64,000 nt of DNA from a virus. Position numbers and translations under genes: made by a program. Positions 8,209 to 18,073 of the stretch are shown piece by piece. The notes beneath the pieces were generated by a model. It did no database searches. It was given only the letters and a program-made list of their open reading frames with translations, and was not told the DNA's origin. The stretch is from positions 64,001 through 128,000 of the IMG/VR virus record IMGVR_UViG_3300022602_000031; one strand, 5' to 3'. Each line of letters begins with the position of its first letter. Positions within the stretch are counted from its first letter, which is position 1.

Positions 8209-11058
8209 ATGCCAATTAATCAGACCAACCAGGTAGACTATCTCTTTAAGAAAATTGGTTATAGCGTAGCTAAGACAGATACTACCACGGCCAAGAGTCC
8301 TAGTAACGAAACTATTGCCAGTCCTTTAAACTTACGTGGCGACGTAATTTGGCAACAGTCTGGACTGATACCAGCCACACAGCCATCATCGTCTACTGGA
8401 GTAGTTACAGTCTACAGTGATGCTAATAGCAATACTATTAAAACTACAGCAGACTCAACTAGTACAACATACCGTACCTGGAAAACTGGTATTACCGGAT
8501 GGATCAATCCTAGCTTTGGCGCAACCTATTCTGTTAAAGTCTATTGGGATAGTACTAGCACAATTAGTCCACAGACATCTGGAACACAGTTATTCCCAGA
8601 TGGTACCGGTAATGACGACGAGTGGTTCTTTGACTACGACGCAGGTGTACTAACATTCCCAGATAACATTCCCACAACAGTCGCAGCCGGCGGAACAAAA
8701 ACTATCTATATTGTTGGAGCAGTCTACAATGGTATTATTGGTATTGGTAACATTAATGCTAATACTATTGTTGGTACACTAGCTACAGCCAACGTTGGCT
8801 TATATGCCAACGTTTTAACAACATCAACTAACTTTAACTACTATCCAATTTTAGGTAATATATTTGGTGGTAACACGCAACATTTTGTCAGCTCTGCTAT
8901 TACACTAAATGCCAGCACTGGTAACTTAACAGTTAGTAATGTAACAGCAACTCAATTCAACGGCAGTTTAATTGGACCAGTATCGACCCCAACACAAACA
9001 TTAATTACCACAGTTGGTACACTGACCAATTTAACAGTGGCTGGTAATACAACAACAGCCAACCTATTGGCTACCAATGGCAATATTGTAAATTTAATTT
9101 CTACAGTCGCAAATATTTCTACCGCTAATATTGTTACTGCAAATATTACAACAGCAGTAGGTAATGTCGCAACATTTACCTATTTAAACAGCGCAGTAAG
9201 TACAATTACCAATTTAACCGTAACAGCCAATACCATAACTGGTAATTTATATACTCCACAGGCCAACGTATCTACATTGATAGCGTCTGGTAATGTATAT
9301 GCCGGCGCTCTAGTCGGCCCATTTTATGGCAACGTAAATACTACCTGGGTGTTAGGTGGCAACGGTAATGTAAATATTCAACCTGGCGGATTAAGTGTTA
9401 CTAACCTAATAGGCAATACAGCAGTAAGTTTACCAGTAGGAACTACACTACAACGTCCGGCAAACGTAGCCGGTTATACTCGATACAATAGCGATATAAA
9501 TTCATTGGAATATTTCAATGGCACAATATGGGTTAGCGTCACTGGTGCTATTTCAGATCAAACCTTTAGTGGTGATGGTGTTAGTCAATCATTCAGTTTA
9601 AATAGCGCAACTACTGCAAGTGGTATATTAGTCAGCGTTAACGGTGTTGTACAAAATCCAAACACATATACAGTCAATGGTGCCGGAACACAAATTACAT
9701 TTTCTGAAATACCATTGACAACTGACGTAATTGATATTCGTTATTTGGGTGCGGCATTGGCCACAACCTCATCGTATGGTAACACTCAGGTTGCCGCTTA
9801 TCTTCTAGCTAATCCGCAAGGTTCAACTTATAGTAATAGTAATGTGGCCAGCTATTTGGTTAGTGGTACAGATTCTACTATATCAACTATACAGGCCAAC
9901 GTTGGCACCTTGTACCTGGGCAATTCGTTGACCAACTCTAGCTTAACAGCATTCAAGAACTATGCTAACCTGACATTTGCTATTGGTTCAGGTAACGCCA
10001 ACATTACCAGTGCGCTGTCCAGCTATTCAGGCAATATCAATGCCAATTATCTTGTGGCTAACACTATTATTACTAGTGGTAGTACATCATCTAATATCAG
10101 TGGTGTAAATTGGCTTACGGCTAATGCTATCACAAGCGGTAACCTGTTGACTGGCAACATATATTTTGCTAACGGTACAAGTTATATGTATGGTGTTTCA
10201 AATTATATGACTAGCCAATTTTTAACTTGGGCTTACAATCAATCATTTTCCTCACCGGTAACTATGGGCGGAACTGGAACAGCATTAAACGTACTCAATG
10301 GTAATATTAATGTTGGACAAAATAATACAAATTTTATGGGAATAAGTACTAGCGGTACAATATATGCTGGTACACCATATGCTGGCTATAACCCAGCCAA
10401 CAGCGTAGTTGCATATGGCAATGTATACGTAGGCTTCCAGAATTGGCCTTACGGACTTTATACATACGGTGGAGTATTCTGGGCCGGAAATAATCAACCC
10501 TACAACGGAGTAAATTTATACAGTAACGTCACGGTGGCCAGTTTCTTACCAACTTACTCAGGAAATATATCTGCTAACGTGCATTTTGGTAATACGTATG
10601 CTTATGCCAACGGGGTAAGTATTCTAAATGGTTTATACTCAAATTCTAATGTGGCCAGCTACCTAACTACTGGTAATATTACGATAGGTAATACTTTCCA
10701 ACAGAGCGGTTACTATGAAAACTTTAGTAACGTAACCAACTCCGGTGGTAACCTAACCTGCAACTTAAACTCCGGCGACATATTCTATGCCGCTTTAACA
10801 GGTAATGTTACAGCTAATTTTACCAACGTAATTCCGGCAGTAGGCACCACAGTTAGTGCTACAATTATTTTTGATCTAGATGTTAACCCTTACACTATCA
10901 GTAACATACAAATCAATGGAGTTAATCAAACTGTGCGATGGGCTGGCGGCTTGTCTCCTTATGTCACTGCAAGCAATACTAACATTGCCAGCTTTAGTAT
11001 GTTTAATCTAAACGGTACTATTTATAGAGTATTGGGACAAATCGGTAACTACGGATAA
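8209..11058 (+). CDS. Tail fibre protein (949 aa)
   Basis: Fibre shaft repeats; C-terminal beta domain (…VRWAGG…FSMF…YRVLG) shared with 31022. Confidence 0.7.
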   Translation: MPINQTNQVDYLFKKIGYSVAKTDTTTAKSPSNETIASPLNLRGDVIWQQSGLIPATQPSSSTGVVTVYSDANSNTIKTTADSTSTTYRTWKTGITGWINPSFGATYSVKVYWDSTSTISPQTSGTQLFPDGTGNDDEWFFDYDAGVLTFPDNIPTTVAAGGTKTIYIVGAVYNGIIGIGNINANTIVGTLATANVGLYANVLTTSTNFNYYPILGNIFGGNTQHFVSSAITLNASTGNLTVSNVTATQFNGSLIGPVSTPTQTLITTVGTLTNLTVAGNTTTANLLATNGNIVNLISTVANISTANIVTANITTAVGNVATFTYLNSAVSTITNLTVTANTITGNLYTPQANVSTLIASGNVYAGALVGPFYGNVNTTWVLGGNGNVNIQPGGLSVTNLIGNTAVSLPVGTTLQRPANVAGYTRYNSDINSLEYFNGTIWVSVTGAISDQTFSGDGVSQSFSLNSATTASGILVSVNGVVQNPNTYTVNGAGTQITFSEIPLTTDVIDIRYLGAALATTSSYGNTQVAAYLLANPQGSTYSNSNVASYLVSGTDSTISTIQANVGTLYLGNSLTNSSLTAFKNYANLTFAIGSGNANITSALSSYSGNINANYLVANTIITSGSTSSNISGVNWLTANAITSGNLLTGNIYFANGTSYMYGVSNYMTSQFLTWAYNQSFSSPVTMGGTGTALNVLNGNINVGQNNTNFMGISTSGTIYAGTPYAGYNPANSVVAYGNVYVGFQNWPYGLYTYGGVFWAGNNQPYNGVNLYSNVTVASFLPTYSGNISANVHFGNTYAYANGVSILNGLYSNSNVASYLTTGNITIGNTFQQSGYYENFSNVTNSGGNLTCNLNSGDIFYAALTGNVTANFTNVIPAVGTTVSATIIFDLDVNPYTISNIQINGVNQTVRWAGGLSPYVTASNTNIASFSMFNLNGTIYRVLGQIGNYG

Positions 11059-11062
11059 TTCT

Positions 11063-12043
11063 ATGAAATTTGGTAGAACTACTGGAATTTTATCCCCCTC
11101 TAGCGTAGGACCTGCAAAAGTAAAAAGAGCTGTTTCGGTAGCTGGCAGTCTTTTTACCGCTACTATAACAAGCAATCAACAAGAATTAAATTTAGCCACT
11201 TGGGCTACTAGTCAAGGGTGGAAACCTAACCAACCTGGTAATATCACTGTAAACTCTGGGGTGTATATTTGGAGCAACAATACTGCCAATGCCGCTTTGA
11301 CCACTGGTTCTTGGCAGTACGGATTGACCTTAGTCAACAACGGGTACATCATGGGAATGGGAGGCAACGGCACTAGCGGTGGTAATGCATTTCCGGGTGG
11401 GGCCGCTATCAATTTAGTTACCAATGCAAATATAATAAATCTTGGATACATAGCCGGCGGAGGCGGCGGCGGTGCCGGATGGGGTGGTTTGGGCGGAGGC
11501 GGTGCAGGCGGCGGATTATCGGCGCTTGGCAACGTGGCAGGTGGTGCTCCAGGACAGACTGGATTATACGGAGCAGGAGGACGGATACTACCAGGCACAG
11601 GCGGCGCTAGTGTAAATACTACCGGGATACAATCTTCAACAAGTGTTGGGGCAAATGGTGGTGGTGCAGGCGGTGGCGGATCCGCTTACACACAATCCGT
11701 CTCATACTTAAATAGTCCTTATGGCACATGGTCCTTTCTTTTTGTTGGCGCCGAGCACTATGCAGGTGCAGGTGGCGGCGGTTGGGGAGCCAAAGGGGGA
11801 GATGCTGTGTATTATTCTGACAACAGAGATGGCAACGGAAATATTTCTGTTGTGGCATACGCAAACATATCAGGCGCTGGAGGCAGTGGGTCAGGTCAGG
11901 GCGGAAATACTACAGTAACTGGGACATACAGCACAAGTACTTTTTATCGTGGTGGTACGGGAGGAAGTGCTATACAGTTAAATAATTTTTCTGTGACCTG
12001 GCAAGGTAGCAACACCGGTGCTGTATACGGAAATGTATCATAA
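11063..12043 (+). CDS. Glycine-rich gp38-like adhesin
   Basis: VNNGYIMGMGG, GGAAINL, GYIAGGGGGG, poly-Gly blocks and C-terminal GSAI…W…G.VYG resemble T-even gp38 polyglycine adhesins. Confidence 0.65.
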   Translation: MKFGRTTGILSPSSVGPAKVKRAVSVAGSLFTATITSNQQELNLATWATSQGWKPNQPGNITVNSGVYIWSNNTANAALTTGSWQYGLTLVNNGYIMGMGGNGTSGGNAFPGGAAINLVTNANIINLGYIAGGGGGGAGWGGLGGGGAGGGLSALGNVAGGAPGQTGLYGAGGRILPGTGGASVNTTGIQSSTSVGANGGGAGGGGSAYTQSVSYLNSPYGTWSFLFVGAEHYAGAGGGGWGAKGGDAVYYSDNRDGNGNISVVAYANISGAGGSGSGQGGNTTVTGTYSTSTFYRGGTGGSAIQLNNFSVTWQGSNTGAVYGNVS

Positions 12044-13209
12044 TGGCCATAACAATTGAAAACGGTATTAGTATGGGAGGTGGGATATCTATATCTCCAC
12101 CATGGCCACCAACTTGGTTGCAGGCATATTCCGCAACTGCACCGACATTCACTGGCCGAATAGTATTAGTTAATGCGCTTGAATCTATCTACAATGCTGG
12201 TAGTACTACCATGCAAAGTTCATATATTAGAACACAAATAACCCCGACGGCAACTTGGACATCTTATACAACAACACCAGCCACATCTGCTCAGTTTATT
12301 GCCGTCGCTTCTAGTGGGTCGGTTATAATGGCTATTTCTACAACTGGACAAGTGGTAACAACTACAGACTCAGTTACCTGGTCTACCGCAACTTCATTAC
12401 CGACGCTTAATCCTTCAGCTAACAACGCATGGAGATTTTTAGCATACGCCAACGGCACCTGGGTAGCCCAGCCCGGATACTCTAATACTGGTACATTTAC
12501 TCCTTCGGGACAAATTGCCTATTCGACCAATAATGGTTCGTCTTGGACCAGTAGCACCAGTGCGGTAACAGCATCAAATTGGAATGGGTTGACCGGAGCC
12601 GGTAATAATTTCACAATGTATTCCCAGGATGGGCACACAGCATATAGTACAAATGGTTCTAGCTGGACCAACGTTGCTCCGGCTTCTAGTGGTTGGCCAG
12701 CAGGCATAGGTCCTTATAGTACTCCAGTATGGACTGGCAGTCAATGGTATATGGCATGGAGTCAAGGAACAACCGACCAGATGTCATATCTTACAAGTTC
12801 AAACGGTGGTACCTGGACTGGTGGTACCATGACAGTAACCGGTATGTCAAGTTCGTCAACTCCGACGCTTGCTTACGGAAATAGCACTTACGTTATTGTG
12901 GATCCTATTCATAAAGGTACCTGTTGGACCAGCTCAAATGGAACAACTTGGACAGCCAATCCAAACGCATTTAATTATAATGCCACATGGGACGTTCCCC
13001 TTGGATATAGTATGTTTAATTTGATATACACCAACGGAATGTTTGTTTATTATTTTACTGCTTATAACTCAGGCTATGTGGGAGTTGTTTATACCAGCAC
13101 AAATGGATTAAAGTGGGCAGAGAATACTACTGCGCCCAGTTACGGATCTCCGTGGATATATGCAGGTGGCGGCGATACCAATCAGGTTATATTTGGACTG
13201 AATTCATAA
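12043..13209 (+). CDS. Putative beta-propeller receptor-binding protein
   Basis: Repeated (Y/T)S.NG..WT Asp-box/BNR-like units. Confidence 0.6.
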   Translation: MAITIENGISMGGGISISPPWPPTWLQAYSATAPTFTGRIVLVNALESIYNAGSTTMQSSYIRTQITPTATWTSYTTTPATSAQFIAVASSGSVIMAISTTGQVVTTTDSVTWSTATSLPTLNPSANNAWRFLAYANGTWVAQPGYSNTGTFTPSGQIAYSTNNGSSWTSSTSAVTASNWNGLTGAGNNFTMYSQDGHTAYSTNGSSWTNVAPASSGWPAGIGPYSTPVWTGSQWYMAWSQGTTDQMSYLTSSNGGTWTGGTMTVTGMSSSSTPTLAYGNSTYVIVDPIHKGTCWTSSNGTTWTANPNAFNYNATWDVPLGYSMFNLIYTNGMFVYYFTAYNSGYVGVVYTSTNGLKWAENTTAPSYGSPWIYAGGGDTNQVIFGLNS

Positions 13210-13226
13210 CAGCAGGACAATAAAAT

Positions 13227-14186
13227 ATGGGCATTGTAATAGAACCGGGAATTACATTAGGTGGCAACATCAAAGTTGGTTTCACCGGCTTGCCCAATAA
13301 TCCAATTTCGGTAACAATTAGTAGTTCACAAAAAGAATTAAACTTATCTACCTTTGTAGCAAATCTTAATGTCTGGGACGGGTATAGTGCTGTTACTGTT
13401 ACTATAAATTCTGGGGTTTATATCTGGAGTGCTAATACTGCCAACGCCGCACTTGATATGGGTGGCAAATGGCCATCGGGAGTAACAGTAATTAATAATG
13501 GCTATATTATGGGTATGGGCGGACAAGGTGGCACATACGGAAGCGCCAATGGTGGCAATGGCGGCCCGGCTATTAATCTCACTGACGGTATAGCTATTAG
13601 AAATAACAGTTATATTGTTGGTGGAGGCGGTGGCGGAGCTTCTGACAATTTTGCCGGAGGTGGTGGTGGCGCCGGGGGTGGATACGGTGGTAATACCATA
13701 GAATCCGGTGCCAATGGTGGTGGTCAGGGCGGCCTAATAGGTGGCTTTGGATTTAATGGTCTATCTAATTACGCCGCCGGAGGCGGCGGTGGGTGTGTAA
13801 TACCCGGTACTGGTGGCGGATATGTAAGTACCAACGGTGTTCCTGGTGATTACGATTTCCCGGGGTACGGTGGAGGCTCAGGTGGCAGTGGTGGAGCCGC
13901 TACAAGAAATTATATTAGTGGAACAGTACAGGTTTGGCACTATGCTGGGGCTGGTGGTGGCGGATGGGGTCAACCGGGCGGAAATGCTGGAAACGACGCA
14001 ATAATAGGAAACGTTGGGTCAATACAGTCAGGCTCGGGCGGTACTGCAAATAGTGCCGGTGTTTCTACAACCACTGGTACTAGTAATCCAATTTACTATG
14101 GCGGCGCCGGCGGGCCAGCTATTAAAACAAATGGCTACAGTATAATCTGGGTAGCTACAGGTACAGTTTGGGGCTCAATATCATAA
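13227..14186 (+). CDS. Second glycine-rich gp38-like adhesin
   Basis: Paralogue of 11063 (NSGVYIWS.NTANAAL, INNGYIMGMGG, GGPAI…IW…G.VWG). Confidence 0.65.
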   Translation: MGIVIEPGITLGGNIKVGFTGLPNNPISVTISSSQKELNLSTFVANLNVWDGYSAVTVTINSGVYIWSANTANAALDMGGKWPSGVTVINNGYIMGMGGQGGTYGSANGGNGGPAINLTDGIAIRNNSYIVGGGGGGASDNFAGGGGGAGGGYGGNTIESGANGGGQGGLIGGFGFNGLSNYAAGGGGGCVIPGTGGGYVSTNGVPGDYDFPGYGGGSGGSGGAATRNYISGTVQVWHYAGAGGGGWGQPGGNAGNDAIIGNVGSIQSGSGGTANSAGVSTTTGTSNPIYYGGAGGPAIKTNGYSIIWVATGTVWGSIS

Positions 14187-14219
14187 TTTTAGCGCACTTT
14201 ACATTATTTGCTAGAGCGA

Positions 14220-14225
14220 TAAATA
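14220..14225 (+). promoter_or_regulatory. Late promoter core TAAATA
   Basis: CGATAAATAA upstream of ATG 14257, with SD GAGGA. Confidence 0.65.
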
Positions 14226-14256
14226 ACAATATTACCCAAATACTGAGGATCTGAGC

Positions 14257-17200
14257 ATGGCTGTTACCCGAATTCAAAATAACCAGATTACTGACCAAAC
14301 CATTCAGTACCAAAAAATTGCACCTGGTACCTTAGTCGGCTCTGTTTTTAACCCAACACTGACGCTAAATTCCAACATTACTATTGTTGGTAATTTATCT
14401 GTTAGCGGTAACAGCACAACAATCAACTCTACTAACACCTATGTTAACGATCCCTTGATTGTATTCAACAATGGTTACGCTGGTGTGCCAGCATACGATA
14501 TTGGTATGTTAGTAAACCGTGCTCTAGGCACACTAACAGGTTATGCTTCAGGACAAAATACAGCGTTTATATGGAAAGAAGCGGATCAGGCATTTGAAGC
14601 CATTGTTACAACTGAAACAGGACAAACTGCCGGCGCTGTAGGAATCAGCGGATACGCCAACATTAAATCTGGCAACTTATTTGCCAACAGTTTAACTACC
14701 ACCACTGGTATAATTTATTCGCCAGGCGGTGTACAAAATACTCCAATTGGAAGTGTTACACCAAACACAGGCGCATTTACAACTGGTGCCTTTACAACAC
14801 TACAGGCAACAAACTTTAACTCAGGCAATGCCGCAATTACAGGCAGCCAAACATATATTGGTACAAGTGGTACACCAATTGCCAACATCTATGCTGGCTA
14901 TGCCAGTTTAACTACAGCACAAATTACTAACGATACCGCGGTAAACTTTTATTCAGGTAACGTTTTTATAAATGGTGGTTACATCACTAACCTAGCTAAC
15001 ATTTATGTTACTACAGCCTATGCCACAAACTTTAGCACACCAAACCTAGCTGTTACAACACAGTCAGTAACCAATTTAACTGCCACAAACTTTTATACAG
15101 CCAATGCAAGAATTGCTGGCGGCTACTTAACTGGATTGTCTAACGTAACTACAACGTTTGACACAGTAACAAACTTATATGCCGCTAACGCAACAATCGC
15201 AAGTGGTACATTCACCGGCGCCGCTGTTAACGCAGTAGCCGGTAATATTACAACTGGTTACTTTGGTTCATTAAACACAGCCAACGCAGTAGTCACCGGT
15301 GGTTACATTGCCGGTATCTCTAACATTAGCGCCAGCTATGGAACCTTTACAAACTTTGCCACCGGTAACGCTGTAATCACTGGCGGTAGTTTAAACGGCA
15401 TTCCGGTTGGAGCATCATCACAGAGTTCTGGTGCGTTTACAACTATTAGCGGTACTAATCAATTGTTTATTAGTTCTGCTATTAACAGCATAACTTCTAA
15501 TACTGGAGCTATAGTTGTTACTGGCGGCTTAGGAGTAGGTGGTAACTTAAACGTAGGTGGTCAGGCATTAATCACTGGCAACCTGACTGTCACTGGTAAC
15601 TTATCAGTAACTGGTCAAAGTGTAAGCATTGGTTCGAGTTCATTAAGTGTAACAGACCCAATTATTAACTTACATACACCAACCGATCTAACTCCGCTGA
15701 CAAGTAACGACGGATTTGATATTGGTATTAAAATTCACTATTATGATACTTCAGACTCTGCGGCATTCTTTGGTCGTGCTAATGACACTGGATTCTTGGA
15801 ATGGTATGCTCGTGGTACAGATACAGCAAACGTATTCACAGGCACAGCATATGGTACAATTAAATCTGGCGAATACTATGCTTCTAACACAACACCTAGT
15901 ACAAGTAGTTCAACTGGTGCCTTGCGTATTTCTGGCGGAGCTGGTATTGCTGGCGCAATTTATTCAGGTCCGTTAAACTCCACATATGGTAACATTTTAA
16001 ATAGTTTGTATGCTGGTAGTATCAATACAGCCAACGCTGTTATCAGCGGCGGATATATTAGTGCGTTAACTAACGCAACAATAACCACAGCATCGATTAC
16101 AAATTTAACTACAACATCGTTAATTCCAACCAATTTTTCATCACCAAACGCATACGTAACTGGTGGTACACTAAACAACGTAATAATTGGTAATGTTACT
16201 CCGGCTGCCGCTACATTTACTACTATAGTATCAACTGGCACTTCGATACACGCAGGTAACATTGTTGGTAATAGTGGTACAGCAAGTACAAGTACAACAA
16301 CTGGCGCATTGGTAATTGCCGGATCCGGTGGTGCTGGCATTGGCGGCGCATTAAACGTTGGTGGCATCAGCAACTTCTCTGCTAACCTATTATTAACAGC
16401 CGCAACTAACACAAACAACAACACAACCGGTGCATTGGTAATTCCAAACGGTGGCCTGGCAGTTACTGGTAACATTAACTCAGCAGGTCAGCTGTTTGTT
16501 GGGTCGTTAGCACAAGCAACTCCATTAACAAGTGCAATCGCTGTTAAACGTGGCACAAGCTCAACTGGTGCTGGTGTACAATATACACAAGACGCTTTAA
16601 TCAATGGTACTAATACTGGTTCAAGTGACTTTATTGCTTACGCCAATAACTATAACCTAGCAGTTGGCGACCAAGGGTGGATGGACATGGGTTTCACTGG
16701 CGATGCGTTCAGTGACGTTAACTATACAATTACCAAATCAAACGATGGTTACGTATTTGCGTCTGGTGCTAACACATCAGTTGGCGGCAATTTGGTTATG
16801 GCAACTGGCAGTACTGGTGGATACAATGACATAGTTATTGGTGTAGGTGGATTTATAGCCAATGCTGAAGTCGCGCGATTCCACGGTAACGTAAATAACT
16901 CAGGTAACTTTACATTAAAACTACCTACTAACAATAACCTAACTGCCAATACTGGAGCATTCCAGCTCTGGGGTGGCGCAAGTATTACGGGTAACGTATA
17001 CCACGGCGGTGCTACCTTATTCAACGGTAGCGGCACAGCTGGTAATGATGTAATAGTCAAAGGTAAAAACGATGCTACATTAATTTGGGCACGTCCTGGA
17101 TCAACATATGATCAGGTAGTTATTGGTAACTCAGCCACTACTAGTACTTTAGTCACTGGTGCTAAGTTAATTATTAACACAACAGATTCTATTTTATTAC

Positions 17201-17985
17201 CAAGTGGTAGTAACAGTCAGCGTCCTGGTAACAGTGGCGGGGTTGATACTGCTGGTATGTTGCGTTATAACAATTTTTCAGGATTTATAGAATGGTATAA
17301 CGGCACAAGTTGGCAAGGTGCTACTACAAACTTTACTGTAATTGTTGATCAACAGTTTACAGGAACGGGTAGCCAAACAGCATTTACACTAAGTCAGTCA
17401 GCAACAACAGCTGGTACACTTGTAAGTATTAACGGTGTTATACAGATTCCAACACTAGCTTACTCTGTAAGTGGTACAACATTAACATTTACAGAAGCTC
17501 CAGCAAACACTGACGTTATTGATGTACGTATTCTAACAACAACACAAACAGTCACTGGAATTGCCAGCCTGAACGGACTATTCCAGGTATCAGTTGACAA
17601 CAACGGTGCCTATATTACCACTGGTACTAGTGTTCCTGTTGTTACAACTAGCTATTTAAGCAACGGTGCTGAAGTATGTGGAGTAGCAAACGTAGCAGTT
17701 GGTAGTGCTGGTGTTCCGGTACAAATTGACAGCTTTAGCGCATCTACTTATCGTACAGCCAAGTATACAATTCAGGCTACTTACGGTTCAAATTATCAGT
17801 CTTATGAAGCCTTAATGATACAAAACGGTACCACAGCGGCAATCACAGGCTATGGTAACGTAACATTAGGTTCTAACCTGGGTGTAGTAAGTGCTACAGT
17901 CAGTGGTGGCAACGCAATATTGAACTACACAGCAGTAAATGCCACAACGCAGGTAAGAGTTAAAAAAGAATATATGCTGATTTAA
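14257..17985 (+). CDS. Long tail fibre protein (1242 aa)
   Basis: Repeated S.STGAL.V.GG.G motifs, DP.I.L module, RP…G.LRYN module, C-terminal YRTAKY.IQ domain. Confidence 0.7.
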   Translation: MAVTRIQNNQITDQTIQYQKIAPGTLVGSVFNPTLTLNSNITIVGNLSVSGNSTTINSTNTYVNDPLIVFNNGYAGVPAYDIGMLVNRALGTLTGYASGQNTAFIWKEADQAFEAIVTTETGQTAGAVGISGYANIKSGNLFANSLTTTTGIIYSPGGVQNTPIGSVTPNTGAFTTGAFTTLQATNFNSGNAAITGSQTYIGTSGTPIANIYAGYASLTTAQITNDTAVNFYSGNVFINGGYITNLANIYVTTAYATNFSTPNLAVTTQSVTNLTATNFYTANARIAGGYLTGLSNVTTTFDTVTNLYAANATIASGTFTGAAVNAVAGNITTGYFGSLNTANAVVTGGYIAGISNISASYGTFTNFATGNAVITGGSLNGIPVGASSQSSGAFTTISGTNQLFISSAINSITSNTGAIVVTGGLGVGGNLNVGGQALITGNLTVTGNLSVTGQSVSIGSSSLSVTDPIINLHTPTDLTPLTSNDGFDIGIKIHYYDTSDSAAFFGRANDTGFLEWYARGTDTANVFTGTAYGTIKSGEYYASNTTPSTSSSTGALRISGGAGIAGAIYSGPLNSTYGNILNSLYAGSINTANAVISGGYISALTNATITTASITNLTTTSLIPTNFSSPNAYVTGGTLNNVIIGNVTPAAATFTTIVSTGTSIHAGNIVGNSGTASTSTTTGALVIAGSGGAGIGGALNVGGISNFSANLLLTAATNTNNNTTGALVIPNGGLAVTGNINSAGQLFVGSLAQATPLTSAIAVKRGTSSTGAGVQYTQDALINGTNTGSSDFIAYANNYNLAVGDQGWMDMGFTGDAFSDVNYTITKSNDGYVFASGANTSVGGNLVMATGSTGGYNDIVIGVGGFIANAEVARFHGNVNNSGNFTLKLPTNNNLTANTGAFQLWGGASITGNVYHGGATLFNGSGTAGNDVIVKGKNDATLIWARPGSTYDQVVIGNSATTSTLVTGAKLIINTTDSILLPSGSNSQRPGNSGGVDTAGMLRYNNFSGFIEWYNGTSWQGATTNFTVIVDQQFTGTGSQTAFTLSQSATTAGTLVSINGVIQIPTLAYSVSGTTLTFTEAPANTDVIDVRILTTTQTVTGIASLNGLFQVSVDNNGAYITTGTSVPVVTTSYLSNGAEVCGVANVAVGSAGVPVQIDSFSASTYRTAKYTIQATYGSNYQSYEALMIQNGTTAAITGYGNVTLGSNLGVVSATVSGGNAILNYTAVNATTQVRVKKEYMLI

Positions 17986-18014
17986 CAATCGATTGCTAAT
18001 TTTTATAACACACC

Positions 18015-18036
18015 AAAGGGCCTATACGGGCCCTTT
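18015..18036 (+). terminator. Hairpin, probable terminator
   Basis: AAAGGGCC-TATACG-GGCCCTTT between two fibre genes. Confidence 0.7.
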
Positions 18037-18048
18037 ACCATTTTGTGA

Positions 18049-18054
18049 TAAATA
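18049..18054 (+). promoter_or_regulatory. Late promoter core TAAATA
   Basis: TGATAAATAT upstream of ATG 18074. Confidence 0.65.
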
Positions 18055-18073
18055 TACAAAATGGTGAGAATAT

